64,000 nt of DNA from Chrysomallon squamiferum (lineage: Eukaryota; Animalia; Mollusca): positions 7,130,001 through 7,194,000 of the forward strand of contig CM022671.1 of assembly GCA_012295275.1 (NCBI GenBank), written 5' to 3'. Each line of letters starts with the position of its first letter. Position 1 is the stretch's first letter. Positions 41,569 to 56,469 of the stretch are shown here, piece after piece. The notes under the pieces are model-generated. The model had not been told where the DNA came from. It saw only the letters and a list, made by a program, of their open reading frames with translations, and did not search any database. The position numbers and the translations under genes were made by a program.

Positions 41569-41599
<31 letters not shown>

Positions 41600-41730
41600 T
41601 TATAGATACATGTATATATGTATATATATGTATGTGTGTACGTGTATGTGTGTATATATATATATATATGTGTATATATATATATTTATTTTCATTTTTT
41701 TAAATGTGTGTATGTGTATATACATGAATG
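41260..41730. repeat. Compound (TA)n/(TG)n/(TATG)n microsatellite
   Basis: Direct reading. Confidence 0.9.
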
Positions 41731-42055
41731 TAATGTAAACATTTACTTGTGTAATTTTCTAGGCATATTTAATGTACAAACCAGTGTTTATTGATTACTG
41801 CTGGAAGCTCTGTGAAGTCAGTTTGATAAAAACTAGAATTAGTAACATGAACAGGTATGAGTTTACCTAGCGTGTAATTTACTGTTATCCAAACTGAACA
41901 TGATGAAAACGTACAAACATGCACGCAGTCAGGATTCTGTTTGTTCTAATGACGAGGACATTTCAGTTTGGTAAAATTAACAAATCTGTTTGAACGGGAT
42001 AAAAACATGATAGGAAGCGTACAAAAAAAAAATAAATAAAAAAAAAAAAAAAAAA

Positions 42056-42129
<74 letters not shown>

Positions 42130-42559
42130 GAACAAAAGTGCAGTTTTAAAAGCATTTTAAGCCTGAAGATATTTTTTTCGCTGAAATTAATGACATACTT
42201 TTTTTTCGTTTTTTAAATATATATAATTTTTTTTTTTTTTTTTTTTTTTTTACTGGTTTCTACGAAAAGAAAAATGATGTAAGAGAGTCCTAAAAATAAC
42301 ACGTTCTCTAATCATTTGTCTCCTCGAGCTATTTTAAAGAGTTCATTATTTCGACTAAAGTACAATGCAAACTGACAGTTATAACCTTCGTTTCTTGTTT
42401 ATGACTTCCAGCTGACATTATCCATCTTGATGCACCTTCAAAAACAAGTGTTGTAATGTCTTAATTTAAAAATTAAAAACGTAAAAGAAAAAGAAGAAGA
42501 AGAAGAAAAGAACAATCGTAAAGTAGGAACAAATAGATGGACTATTAGAAACCAGTGTA

Positions 42560-43350
42560 GGCATTGGTAGGAATCAGAGTTTGTACTGGTAGGAGACAGT
42601 ATATGTACTAGTATGAGTCAGTATATGTACTAGTAGGGAGTATATGAGTTCAGTCTTTGTAATAGTAGGAGTCAGTCTTTGTAATAGTAGGAGTCAGTAT
42701 TTGTACTAGTAGGAGCCAGTCTTTGTACTAGTAGGAGCCAGTATTTGTACTAGTAGGAGCCAGTATTTGTACTAGTAGGAGCCAGTATTTGTACTAGTAG
42801 GAGTCAGTATTTGTACTAGTAGGAGTCAGTCTTTGTAATAGTAGGAGTCAGTATATGTACTAGTAGGAGTCAGTCTTTGTACTAGTAGGATTCAATATAT
42901 GTACTAGAAGGAGTCAGTCTTTGTACTAGTAGGAGTCAGTATATGTACTAGTAGGAGTCAGTATATGTACTAGTAGGAGTCAGTCTTTGTAATAGTAGGA
43001 GTCAGTATATGTACTAGTAGGAGTCAGTCTTTGTACTAGTAGGAGTCAGTATATGTACTAGTAGGAGCCAGTATTTGTATTAGTAGGAGCCAGTATTTGT
43101 ACTAGTAGGAGCCAGTATTTGTACTAGTAGGAGCCAGTATTTGTATTAGTAGGAGTCAGTATTTGTACTAGTAGGAGCCAGTATTTGTACTAGTAGGAGC
43201 CAGTCTTTGTAATAGTAGGAGTCAGTATATGTACTAGTAGGAGCCAGTATTTGTACTAGTGGCAGTCAGTATATGTACAAGTAGGAGTCATTCTTTGTAC
43301 TAGCAGGAACCAGTATTTGTACTAGTAGGAGCCAGTGTATGTATTAGTAG
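42560..43350. repeat. 22-bp minisatellite, roughly 35 copies (consensus GTACTAGTAGGAGTCAGTATTT)
   Basis: Head-to-tail 22-nt units without spacers and with degenerate ends. Confidence 0.95.
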
Positions 43351-43974
43351 TAATCGGTGCAAGCACTAACAGGATTTAGTCTGTGTATCAGTGTATTATG
43401 TTAGATTTCAGTTTACTGACTTTCTTTTTATTTTTTTTTTTTTTTTTTTTTTCTATTTTTCAAGCGCAAGTAAGCTTGTATTTTTTTATGATAAACTTCA
43501 GATTGTTTGAAGATATGTTCAGTATTCCGTTTCCTGATTTGTTTGTATTTCAACGAAAATCTGTTGCTATTTGATTTCGTGTTCGTGTTTTGCGTCAGTT
43601 CTGATCTACAAAACAACATTTATAAGATTTCTGCGTCAGAAACATGAGACATGTAAATGAAATGTTTTATTATTCACGTAATGGAAGAAACAGAGAGTAC
43701 ACTGGAAGATTTCTTCTTAACTGTTGAAACTCTTTTGCTTTTAGGTTTTCAAGAACTTAGTAGAGAATATTTTGAAGAAGTTGCAAGAATCTGTTTGAGC
43801 GTTTGTTAAAGAAATGACTGGTTAATGGATCTGCACTTATTTCTGTACCACTGAAAATAGAGTGTTTCAGCCCGATCTTTTCTCAGTTAACAGTTTAATA
43901 TAGACTTGGTATATAATACTTTCTTTTTCATTAAACTAAACAGCATAGTAGTAAATATCATAGGTATTATGCTG

Positions 43975-44560
43975 GCTCATTAACCTTAATATGTAATATA
44001 CGTTTGTTCCACTAACATTCTAACATATATGACTGGTGAATGAAATACTTTTTTATACACTCTAATTATCCGATTGATACAATGCTCTTTTTTCACTAAC
44101 TTGCTAACATAATATTATATGACTGATAAATAAAATACTTTTTTTCACTAACCCTAACGTGAATACAGCTAATAATATATTCTTGTATCACTTACTAACA
44201 TATAATATACGACTGATAGATCAAATACCTCTTTCAAATATTCTAATGTGAATCCAATTGATAATATACTCGTGTTTCATTACCTTAATAACCTTCATGA
44301 TTGATAAATAAAATATGTTTTCAAACATTCAAACTGATAAAATATTCTTATTTCATTAATTTACTGTGATAAATAAAAAATACTTCGTTCATACACCCCA
44401 ATTATCCGATTAACAATACACTTTTGTTTCACTAACTTATTAATATATAATAACTGATAAATAAAACACTGTTTTCATTAACACCTTAATGTAAATCTGA
44501 TTGTTAATATATCTTGTATAACTGACCTATTAAACTATGAAGTATTTTGATATAATATAT
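43975..44560. repeat. Degenerate AT-rich tandem array (anchor GACTGATAAATAAAATACT)
   Basis: Anchor variants recur at ~44031, 44121, 44211, 44300, 44452. Confidence 0.55.
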
Positions 44561-46019
44561 TCATCCCACTTTTCAATCACTATCCTGTTAAATCCACTTT
44601 GCCTTATATAAAATATACATTCACTAACATAATAACATTCTGATTTTTTTATTTTTATTTTTTTATTTTTTTATATATACAGTTCTTTTGATAAACTACT
44701 AACCCTGATATAAATCTTACAAGCATTTAAAACTAATATACTTATCATTCATCACTCACTAACTTTCTTACACACTAACCAAATACAAGTCCGGTGCTCT
44801 AACGCTTACAAAACTGGAATCTTTCTGAGTACAGTTATCTGGAAGAATAAAAAACTATTCTTTCTCAGTTAATTCTTGTCCAGGCCAGTCGTGAACGCAA
44901 TCTTAATTGATCAGAAGCGACGTTAATCGATGAAAATAAGCGTTAAAATCAATGTTATTAAGTACAGCTTCTGTACACTGATGTTATTTGAGCGTAATAA
45001 GTATATGGTGGGTTCTGAGAAAAAGGAGTTTTTATTCTTACTAACTAAGATTATAAAATATATATTTCTGCTGTCTGATAAGGCCAGAACATTTCCTGTT
45101 CCAGACACAGGGAAATCATATGTTTGTACTGAAGTAATTTTAGTTACTTCGTTTTCTGGTCAGGTTTTGAATCAGTTCTAGTTTTATCTGTCTATTTATC
45201 TACCAACATATATACATATATGTATATATAGACAGATAAACAAATAGATAGGAATATTCTGCTAATTACACAATTTTTAAAGATAAATAAAATTAAAATT
45301 AAAATTAAATAAATAAATGAATAAAATAAACAAACAACAACAACCACAACCACAACAACAGTAACAATAATAACAACGATGATGATAATGATAAAGGCGA
45401 TGATGATAACGATACTAACACGTAACAAATAAATAATGCAAATAATGATAATGACGATGATCATAATGACAAATAAACAAACAAAATCTTATCACGATAC
45501 CAAATACTTATCATTCATCACTGTCATCAAATCAATCTGTCTCTCCCCCCAAAAAAAGGGGGGATGATAGAGCGAGCACACTCCGCGCACGCCCCCCCCC
45601 CTCTCTCTCTCTCTCTCGTCACCTTCCTGATTATTAAATATTGTGAGAATTGTGTTACGTTCACTCACGTATTGATTTCTTCAGACGCTGACAGAATTTC
45701 ATAGACTTCTTTGTGTCGACGTGTCACCTCGGGTGACATATCACATGAACGTGTAAATATTCACACAAATGTTAGTCGCAGATCTGACGCTGAACTGTAC
45801 ACTTTTGTTTTAGTATACTTAGTTTTGGTGTGTTGCTGTTTAGTGTTTCGAGAGCTGTGGGTGTAATATCTGTAGTATCCTATGATTTTGTGGAATTATA
45901 AAATATAAAGTGAATACAGTGAAGCACTTGTCAGTATTGTGAGTTAATGAAAAAGTTAATGATCGAGTTGTTTTCTTTGGTATCGGACACACACACACAC
46001 ACACATACACACACAACAC

Positions 46020-46061
<42 letters not shown>

Positions 46062-46104
46062 ATTTGGTTATGATTTTGGTTTCGCATGGTACATTGTAGC
46101 CTAC

Positions 46105-46570
46105 CGTGAAGTGGTATGGTATGTTATGATGTTCTGTGGTATATATAATACTCTATGGTATAGCATGGTACGATATGATGGTATCATGATTTGATGTGAT
46201 ATATTTAATGAGGCATGGTGGTTTATGGTATGAAATATAGTATCATTCTGTGGTGTGATACAATATGGTATGGCTGGCAGTAGTGTTGTATGACGTAGTA
46301 TAGTGTAATGAGTGTGTAGTGTAGTATATGGTATAATACTGTATGGTGTCATTTGGCATTGTGTTGTACAGTATGATCTGGAGCTGAATGATGTGGGTGG
46401 TGTAAAAAGGGCGTGACGGGGCCCTGACACTGCATTGTGTGCGTGGTATTAAAATGATATGATATGTTATTGTTTAATGTTCTTTCCTACTGTGAAGTCT
46501 CATGTGGCATGGAGAGGAATGGAATGTGGCATTTCTGTTTATGATGCTGTTTATGATACAATACAATATT
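46105..46570. repeat. Decayed 5-bp periodic repeat (TATGG/TGTAG-like)
   Basis: 5-nt periodicity is visible (atggt atggt atgtt atgat gttct gtggt). Confidence 0.6.
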
Positions 46571-48995
46571 TCATTAGTTTGATCTGTTACTGTTTGTCAT
46601 GAAATGCAATAGATATTTCATTTATATATCACTATATTACTTTAATACTATTTAAAATAAACAAGTAGCAAAGTTCCATTTAAAGTGGGAATGGCTAAAA
46701 AAAACAATATATTACTAATGTATTATGTACATCTCAGATTTTTCAAAGATTTTCCACAGCATTCTGTACTTTTTTTTTATAATAATACTGGTAACAAATG
46801 TAAAGAGTACAAAATTGTATGAACATCTGTAGTATTTGTTTCCTTCCATTATGATCTTTACTCAGTTAGTATCTGTACTGTAAATGTCAAATGATAAATT
46901 ACATTTTCGAAAAACCGAATCCGTATAAAAATAATCCATGTTTGTGGCAGAAGTAATTAGCGATTTTTAAATCTGAACATGTTTCATTTTTTGGCTCTCT
47001 GAAAATAAAAGAACACTGCTTGAAAATAAAAAAATAATAAAAATATAAATTGTTATTTTTGTCTGTGGTGGTTATGGTATTCATTACTCCTGCTGTGGAA
47101 ACAGAGCATTCTTTTTATGGTAAAGGCTGGATTCCCTGTTTCTAAGATACTCGCCGTTTCTATGGTGATTACAAATGTATATGTGTGTTTATTATGTCTG
47201 TGTATGATGTTTGTTTATATCTATGAAGATTACATGTTTGTTTCTCATTATATGTTCTGTTAGAGTATTCGTTGTTTTTATTGTGATTACGATTTTTTTT
47301 TTTTTTTTTTTTTTTTATATTGTGATTACGATATTATTTGTTTCTGTGGTGATTATGATATTCATGGTTTCTATGGTAATTACTTTTTTGTCGTTTCTAT
47401 GGTAATTACGTTTTTACTGTTTCTGTAATAATTCCTCTGTTCACTATTTCTTTGACTTACTGTATATCAGGCACTGATTATTTTTACTAGATACAATAAC
47501 AAAGATAGCTTAATCTTGCTAAATGTCAAAGTGTACAGATCATGTTTGTTGTTTTTCTTATGTGTACTCTAAGACGTATACCTCAGAATGGTTAACAGTA
47601 ATTTTGTATTCCCTTTTCTTTGACCACTAAGAGTATCCACTGTCTGATATTAGAAATATTTATACTAAAGAAATTTTCATCTGTTTTTATGAGTATATAT
47701 ATTGTTTTACCCTGATAGGTAACATCGTTCGTTTAAAGATAATATTTCGATAGTTAGCTATTCTGTGCATACTTTGTAAATATTTTTCGACTTGTTTATT
47801 TATTTTATAATATGTCATATCGTATTTTATTTTATTTTGTGTGTTTGTTTATTTATTCATTATTTAATGTTGAAGATATATATATATATATATTTTTTTA
47901 TTCGTCTATTTGTTTCATTTTATGATATTTTAATATAATTATTTTTTATAGTTATTTCATTCGGTTTAACTGTTCTTTATGACAGATACTGAAAAAAAAA
48001 AAAAAAAAAAAAAAAAGAAAAGAAAAAACAGAGAAAATTAAAAAGAAATTTCAAAGGCTATAGTTGATTATCATATTTTCTTTGACGACTCCTAAAGATA
48101 TTTTATTTGACTATTTATTTGCCAAACAAACACTTTTCGTGTGAAGTAAATATAACACGAAAAATCAACAAAAAAACAACAAAACAACAACATTCATCAG
48201 AACACTAAAGCATGCTGTATTTTACGCTAAATTATTCTAGTGAGAACGGGGGAAAGGAAAACATAACAAGTGCATCGAGGTAATCATTTGCAAGAAACTG
48301 CGGACCGCAGCTGTATTAGTTCGTTTGTTAGTTTTAATTTTCTCTCTGCGTCCAAGGATACAAAGCAATGAATATTTATTACGACATTGCTTCACTTTCT
48401 ATTTCTATTTCTGTTCGATTGTTTTCCTGCTTTGTTCCTGTATTAGGAATTTGTTTGGATTTTTTTACATGTTGGAAAATTTCGGAAAATCGGACAGAAA
48501 TACGTTCTTTCTGGTTTAAGATTTTTACAGACTCAAAGGCCTTAACGTGTGACAAGAATTCGTAGATTTTGGTTTAAGATTTGTACAGAATAAAATTTAG
48601 TTTCTGAGGCTGCCTCGGAAAGAATGCAAAGAAACATGGTAGAATCATTTCGTAAATAAACAAAACCTACGTTGAAGATTAACATTTTGAATGTATTCTG
48701 TGAGTAATTGTAAAGCAGGTTTTCTGGAAGCCCGATAAATGGTATAATACCTGTTCTGTTACAACCAATATAAACATACCTGGGAAAGTATCTGTGTTGC
48801 AGCAGAGATTTCCTTCCTAGAGCCAAGACTGAATGAAATCTTGTTAACCGATCCATCGTTTAAAGTTTATTTGTTTGAAAGCATGTAGCGTTTTGTTCGT
48901 AATTCATTTTAGTAGGGGAAAAATAGCACAATGACTTCTACAACTACCACCAGCACCAAACAACAATAACAGTAATAAAAATATAATAATAATAA

Positions 48996-49026
<31 letters not shown>

Positions 49027-49928
49027 AAGAAGAAGAAAGAAGAAGATCTAAAACAATGTAACATGAGATAATACGATGATGATTGTTGATGATGATGATG
49101 ATATTATGAGTATGATGGCGATAATACTTTTTGATTATAATAACAATGCATACATAGCATTCATCTTAATTATTATTATTCGTTTATTATTATTATTATT
49201 ATTATTTAATTTTTTTTTTTTTTTTTTTTTTAGCATAATTGACTGTTATTTTTTGTACACATCCACGATTGTTTTGTTTAATTACTTAAAAAAGACAAAA
49301 CGAAGACGATAATTTCAGTGCTAATTAGAGAGATCAATTTCCACTTGGCTTCTTGTTCTGACGTCATCGCTACAATTTCTCACTTGGCTTCTTGTTCTGA
49401 CGTCATCGCCACTCGACCGCGAGACAAATGGGCAACTTCCCGCAAGCCGCGGACCGAAGTGGACAGAAGTGGACGTAATCTGGCCATTTTATCGAACTCT
49501 GCAGTCAGCGTTTGGCTAACTTGCTTAAAACCCTCCGAGAATCAGTTTTGTCGGTTGTGAACGGTTCTTGTATCGATTTACAAAGCCCTGGTTGACGCTA
49601 ACGTAATATAGCTCTTTTGTTAACTGTTGCCAGTCCCATTTTTCTGATTACTGATCATAAACGAATTAGACACCCTAGGCAATACTGGTAACACCTGCAA
49701 TTTAGCAGTTACGTCAAAACATAATTTTACAAATGGATAACAAAGCCTAAAACTCATGTCCTTTTTGAAATATATTTACACAGTCGGTTTGGAGTTCTTT
49801 TCTGATCTATATTATTTATGGGTTGTGTTTAGGAAGTCTTTGTTATAATGTTGCATACTCTGCTGTTTTAATGGTGCTGAAAATAATATAGAAAACTAAT
49901 ATAGTAGACGCCCTGTTAACATAGAAAT

Positions 49929-50034
<106 letters not shown>

Positions 50035-50499
50035 TTTTGTATGTACATTCTCATAACAGGAACACATTAATATCAACATACTTTGATAAACGTGTTGAGG
50101 AGCACAAGTTATAACGGGAAATAATATTGTGGAGTTCTATCTTTAACAATTAACTACGTGAACCATCACGTGTTTGGCGAACTCTCTAACCACTGAACTT
50201 CTTCTTCCACCAGACAATAAATCACAGAATCTGATAAACAGAGGTAAATCACAAAACTATAAAACACTAAATACTAATATAATCTTCTTGTAATGTACCT
50301 ACATATACCACTTTATCTTCACTCTCACCTGTATTAATAATTTAACGATCTACATCACAAACATTCTGACATTTCCAACACAGATAACTGTCTATCCTTT
50401 GTGATGATAACATTTTTTTTACAGTTTGACGGAATAAATCTGAAACCATTAGTTACAGCAGCATGTAGCGTATGCTGTTTAACTGACGTTAACAGAAGA

Positions 50500-50537
<38 letters not shown>

Positions 50538-50885
50538 AACAACAAGTAAATAAATAGCCCACTCCAGAACAGCCAAACCAATGAAGAAATCGAGGAGTGA
50601 AACTGTTTACATATACATCATCCAGAAAGCTACAATAGCTAAAACATGTGAGGACAATATACAATGCAAAACAAAGATTTGATTTACAGTACAGGGAACA
50701 CAGCAAACAAGTGAAATGATGAATGAAGCAGAGTGAATGAATATTACGTACGTACACAAACACGCACGGAACACATACGCACAATGTACACTTTCCCCAC
50801 GTGTATATATTATAATGTTAAGTTTATTCTGTTTTCATTTACTACTAAATAGTTTATGGTTTCGTATCTATGCTGCATATATAGT

Positions 50886-50941
<56 letters not shown>

Positions 50942-51915
50942 CACAACATGTATATAACTTACATACATATACACTGAAACATCAGTTGTTAGATAAATGC
51001 AGCTTTATAAACAGACATGATACAAACATTCATTTATAAATAAATATCGTCTTCTAAACATGGTGGTAAATATTCACAAATAACCCAATCAAGATAAATT
51101 TCGGTAATCACTCAAACTATTCAGTTATTTTAATCAGATTTCTACGTTTAACTTCAAAGTGATAGCAAAGACTGTTCACAAGATTTTTTTTTTTTTTTAT
51201 CTCTTGGTCAGTTGTTAAAATCACTTATTTGTGGGTGTAAGTTTATTTTAGAAAAACGATGAGCAACCACTGCAGTCTGGAAGAATGTAAGATCAAATCA
51301 TCCTGCGTCAATATTTAATTAAGAAACTGTTTTACGAGGAGACAGCGATTTCCGTACGTCCACACGTTTTTGTCGATTTTAATCAACTTCATTGGTTCTG
51401 TTAGTGTTTGATGTCGTGTCCGGTGAATTAGTAAAATGTCTAATTATATCTACAGAAATTCTGTGTTTTGTATCTTTTCTTTTCTTATTTCTTTCTTTGT
51501 TTTGTTTTGTTTTTTGATTTTTGTTTTTGTTTTTTAATGTTTCGATCTTTGATTTTTCTTTTATTTTTGTTTTTCTTCTTTTTTTTTTCATTATTTTATT
51601 TCATCATTTCATTATGTTCTTCCTTCTGTCATTACTTTATTTTTTGCTTCATTTTATTCTTCTCTCTTGTTTCCCTCTTTTTTCCATATTTTTTCTTTTT
51701 TTTACTTTTTCACGTATTTTTTTTTTTCTTTCTTTTTCTAGTATATTTTGTTGTAATGTTTAGAAGCTGTGATTATATTGACGGTTTTAAAGTAGGACGA
51801 GCTCTGGAGACTTTGACTCGATGAAAGCAATCTCATTGTTTTATCAGAAGTTAATTGCCTCGTTATTCATTAATCATTTTATAATGTGAATGTGTGTGTG
51901 TGCGTGCGTGTGTGT

Positions 51916-51999
<84 letters not shown>

Positions 52000-53178
52000 C
52001 AGAAAGAAAGAAAGAGACCGAGAGAAGCAGAGAGAGAGAGAGAGTATTAATGAGAAAGTATTATAAAATATTTAGTATGTCAGATTAAGGTTTCTTCTTT
52101 GTCTTTTCCCAAAGTTGAGCAATAAGTGAATTTCTGAACACAACCATTTACTGAATAATCATTCTTTGAAACAAATACCACTTGCTTATTTTAGCTCAGC
52201 ATTCATCAAACGGTTTCCAGTTACTTCACAACAAGGCTACCACAGATTATAATATAATAAATGACAGCAAAATTAAGTGGTGTTTAATAAAATATCCTTG
52301 GGGATACTGTTTGGAACGGGAAATGGATGTATCACGTACTCGTCAGGAGTACGCACACCCAAGTCTCTTGATAAACTAGACACTGTTTGGAATGGGATAT
52401 ATAGCCCAACGGGGATTTACCAGATGATTCATCTCGCAATATACAAGATGGCTTTTGACGAGGGACGAGTCTAAATTTATGTGTCGTTATCATACGCAGG
52501 TCGCCATAAGTTCGATAATTTTATTACATCAGCTGTTTATACATTCTGACGTTAAAATAAATAAATAAATAAATAGAGTGAACTTGTTCCTCATCGTCTG
52601 GTGTTTGTAAACCTCGATGAGGTCATCAGAACTGAGAACGTGATGACGTTTATTTATCGTGAGATGTTTGCAGTTCTCGTGTTTGTTACGTCAGGCGTGG
52701 AAAGTATGTGACCTTCTCAAACCGTGAACGTGAAGTCTAAAGTCCCCTTAGTCTAACATGGAGAAGTTCGTGGTCACGGCACGTGACTGTCACGTGATGT
52801 GTCGTACGATCTGTCCGCTTGGGCTTGTTTCTCGTGCTGAGGTAATTTTTTAAAAGGCCATAGTTTGTTGATTTTTCTGTGTTTTGGTAGAAACCGAGTA
52901 GAAAATGAAATGACCGTCGTAGATTTCTTTCCTTGTGTTGTCGTCGCACAAAATAAGTAATCAGATATATAATTAGGCTTGACTGCTAAAAATATGCATA
53001 GCAAAGATGTGAGATATCGTTAATCATTCATTTGTTTATTCATTCGTTCGTTCATTTATTCATTCCTTCATTTTATTCATTCATTCTTTCGTTCATTCAT
53101 AAAATAAACAAATATCTATTTATTTTCTATTTCACAGAAGCTACAAATATTTATCAGAATTCATATAATAAGGTATAT

Positions 53179-53209
<31 letters not shown>

Positions 53210-53773
53210 AAAGCCATTAATACTTGAGAATCTTTACCCTTCCCCCTAAACAAAGTTTCTTCAGAAGAGATAGCAGAACAAATATGCCCATCCCTGTCTT
53301 CGGCAGAACTCTGTGATAACGTCTTACATAGCTTGTCACCAAGACAGGCTTCTTGCACAATTCGTTTTCTGGTAGAAATATAATGTAAATTACCGAAACC
53401 TGCACTAGGATAAGAGTGACGCCAAAAGATGCATACAATAACCTTTCCTATCTGGCTGCGTGATAACCCAACGCGCCATCTTCATGGCTTGTTGGTTATT
53501 GATAAAGGAGTTACAGAGGCTACACACTGCGAGAAAAACAGGTGTGGTTTTATAAGGCTAGTTAGGATAATACGATAGAAAGCTTGTTTAAGTAGCTGCA
53601 GTAAAATTTTAAACTCAACGTTCTGGATTTGCAGTGTTGAGTTTCTGGAAATTCTAAAGTTAACATTTTCTGTTTCTGATTTTATTTCATTCATTTTGTT
53701 TTCTTTTTTTACAGAGCTTAAATAAACAAACGAATCCTTCAGCAGATATGAAATGTTTTATACTAGTACATGC

Positions 53774-53894
<121 letters not shown>

Positions 53895-54596
53895 ATATAT
53901 CTACACACACATACACTAAACCTATTTCGTTGTTTGAGGAATTTATGAATTTGGGATTATTTTTTAATCTTGACATTTTTGGTAACATTTTCGGAAACAT
54001 TTTCGGAAACATTTGTCTACTTCCTAAAACATAACGTTGTTTCATTTATTTCCTAAATTTATTATTCTCCGTTAATTTACGACCTTTTTGTAAAACTGTT
54101 TTGAATCGAGAATTTCTTACTGTGCTTTTTGTTATATGCTACCACATTAAATACAAGTCATGTCAAATTGTTATCATTATTTATTTATTTTTATTAGTTT
54201 AATCTCACCTGTCTTGAAAATACAGCAAAGAACCTTGTTTTCCAAGACATCCAGAAGCTTTAATTTTCTTAATGAAAACTGAAAAACATGAAAAACAGAA
54301 GAACACGATTAAAAAAAGAGGAAAAAAAGGAACCAAATAACTTTTAAGTACTTTTTAAATCTTCACAAAACGTGGATTTGACAGCTGCAGATTATACGTC
54401 AGCAAACGACAAAAAGTACTTCCTTTTTCATTCGACTAATGGGAATTCGCCATTTCGTGTGGTTTTTTTAAAGATAACAAGCATTTAAGCTGTCATTTGC
54501 GATTTTGCAGATGATGGGGAGAAATCTCATTGGACAAAAAAACGCAGAATATGTATAAGAAAAATGTGCAGTGGTTATGTCAGGAGTAGTAAAAGT

Positions 54597-54599
<3 letters not shown>

Positions 54600-54633
<34 letters not shown>

Positions 54634-55050
54634 GTGGTGGTGGTTGTAATAACAGTAGTAGAATAGTAGTAATGATGATGGTGCTGATGGTACTAATAGT
54701 AGTAGTGATGATGGTGCTGATGGTACTAATAGTAGTAGTGATGATGGTGCTGATGGTAATAGTAGATGTGAATGGTGCTGATGGTATAAATATAGTAGTG
54801 ATGATGGTGGTAGACGTGGATGTTGTAATAATGATGATAATTGTGGTGTCTGTAGTAATGTGGTGGTAGTGGATGTAGTAATAATGTTACGGTGTTGGTA
54901 ATGATGACAGTGATATTAATAACAGTGAGGTGGTAGTAGTGTAACAATATGTGGTATAGTGATGGTTGTTGTAGTAGTAGTAGTTTGGTGGTGTAGTGAG
55001 GGTAGTAGTAGTTACAATATGGTGGAGTAGTAATGGTGGTAGTAGTAATA
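54600..55050. repeat. Low-complexity GTA/GAT/GGT tract containing a 33-bp tandem unit
   Basis: AATAGTAGTAGTGATGATGGTGCTGATGGTACT repeated about 3 times from 54662. Confidence 0.75.
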
Positions 55051-55649
55051 ATAGAAAGATAGTTATAGCACTTTAATTAACCAATGGCGAATTTCATCCA
55101 ACAAATAGCATCAACCTTTCTTTCACCGACATCCAAATTTGTTTAACAATCGATAAATCATTTTCTATGGAAACTTCAGAACTATGGTCTTTTCTCTGCC
55201 GCTTCAAGATTACTTTGCTCTTTTCTCTTTGACCAACATTTCCTTATTTACTGCCTCGCACGCTGTTTTCAAGCAGTTCCTACAAGGAGACATAGCCGTC
55301 ACGTGACGTTCCTTTCACTGGCGCTAGGATCTACGTCTGCGCGTGATTGCTTCCCGAGATCCAGGTGGCGCACAATCACGTCTGCTAATCGCAGGAATTA
55401 ATCTATAACTCGCAACACATTCCTCTGTCTTTGATCGCGAACAGCTGATTGAATTTTGCTGTGCTTCTTTAAAAAGAAACTGAAGATAAGAACTCTTTTG
55501 GAGAAAGAAAACGAGGAAAAAAAAAACACACATGAAAACGGAAGTCACGTCAAGGAATCAAGGGATTACAGAGTAATCTGCCTCTTTGCCGTTAGACCAC
55601 CTCTTTGTAACACTCTTGTAGGCCGCGAATACTATTTAACTACAGATAA

Positions 55650-55699
<50 letters not shown>

Positions 55700-55710
55700 T
55701 AATAATAATC

Positions 55711-55790
<80 letters not shown>

Positions 55791-55828
55791 TAAATAAATA
55801 CGAAAACTGACATATACGATACATTTGT

Positions 55829-56203
55829 CAATGGTACCTTGACTTACGAGTTTAATTCGCTCCGAATCCGAGCTCGTAACTCAATTTGCTCGTATATTAA
55901 ATCAATTTTCCCAAATGAAATTAATTGAAATACCATTAATCCGTTCCAGCCGTCCAAAATCACCCCAATTTTTTGTAAAGTGTTTTTAAATAACAAAAAT
56001 GTATGTACAAATGACAAATATTGTATAAAAACAAAATAAAAGAGAATGTAAAGAAAATAAACCGGTTGAAGCAAACGAGTGAGACTAGGGGATGCTGGGC
56101 GGATGTTGTGTTGTTCGTTGCGCCAACTAGCGGCGGCGTATCTGAAGCTTGCTCGTAACTCGGATTTTGGCTTGCAACTCAAAGCAAAAAATCGACCGCT
56201 GTA
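55829..56203 (+). mobile_element. Non-autonomous Tc1/mariner (Tigger/pogo-like) DNA transposon relic
   Basis: Starts CAATGGTACCTTGACTTACGAG, resembling the CAGTGGTACCT-type Tigger TIR. Internal GCTCGTAACTC subterminal repeats (~55871, ~56151). Ends CTG-TA with most of the right TIR missing. No transposase ORF. Confidence 0.6.
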
Positions 56204-56469
56204 GATTTATATATTCCTGTTAAGATTTATTCGTGATGCTGGTCACAAGCACGCACTTTCGTCGGAGAGGGTCCGCCATAAATACTTTCGTCTCAAGTCT
56301 GATAACGATGATAAATGTCTTCGTGGTGATTTCGTGATGGAACATGATAAAAAGCTGTTATTTGTCAGCCTCCGGAATGCGCCGTCTGTGTTCATTTGCA
56401 CTAACGAAATGCATTCGAAAAAAAACAATTAATACTATCTGTATTTTTGCATTAAACCATGAGGTTCAC

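Noticed and set aside
42560-43350. CRISPR-like array
   Set aside because: Units are contiguous with no unique spacers, there are no cas genes, and the context is eukaryotic.
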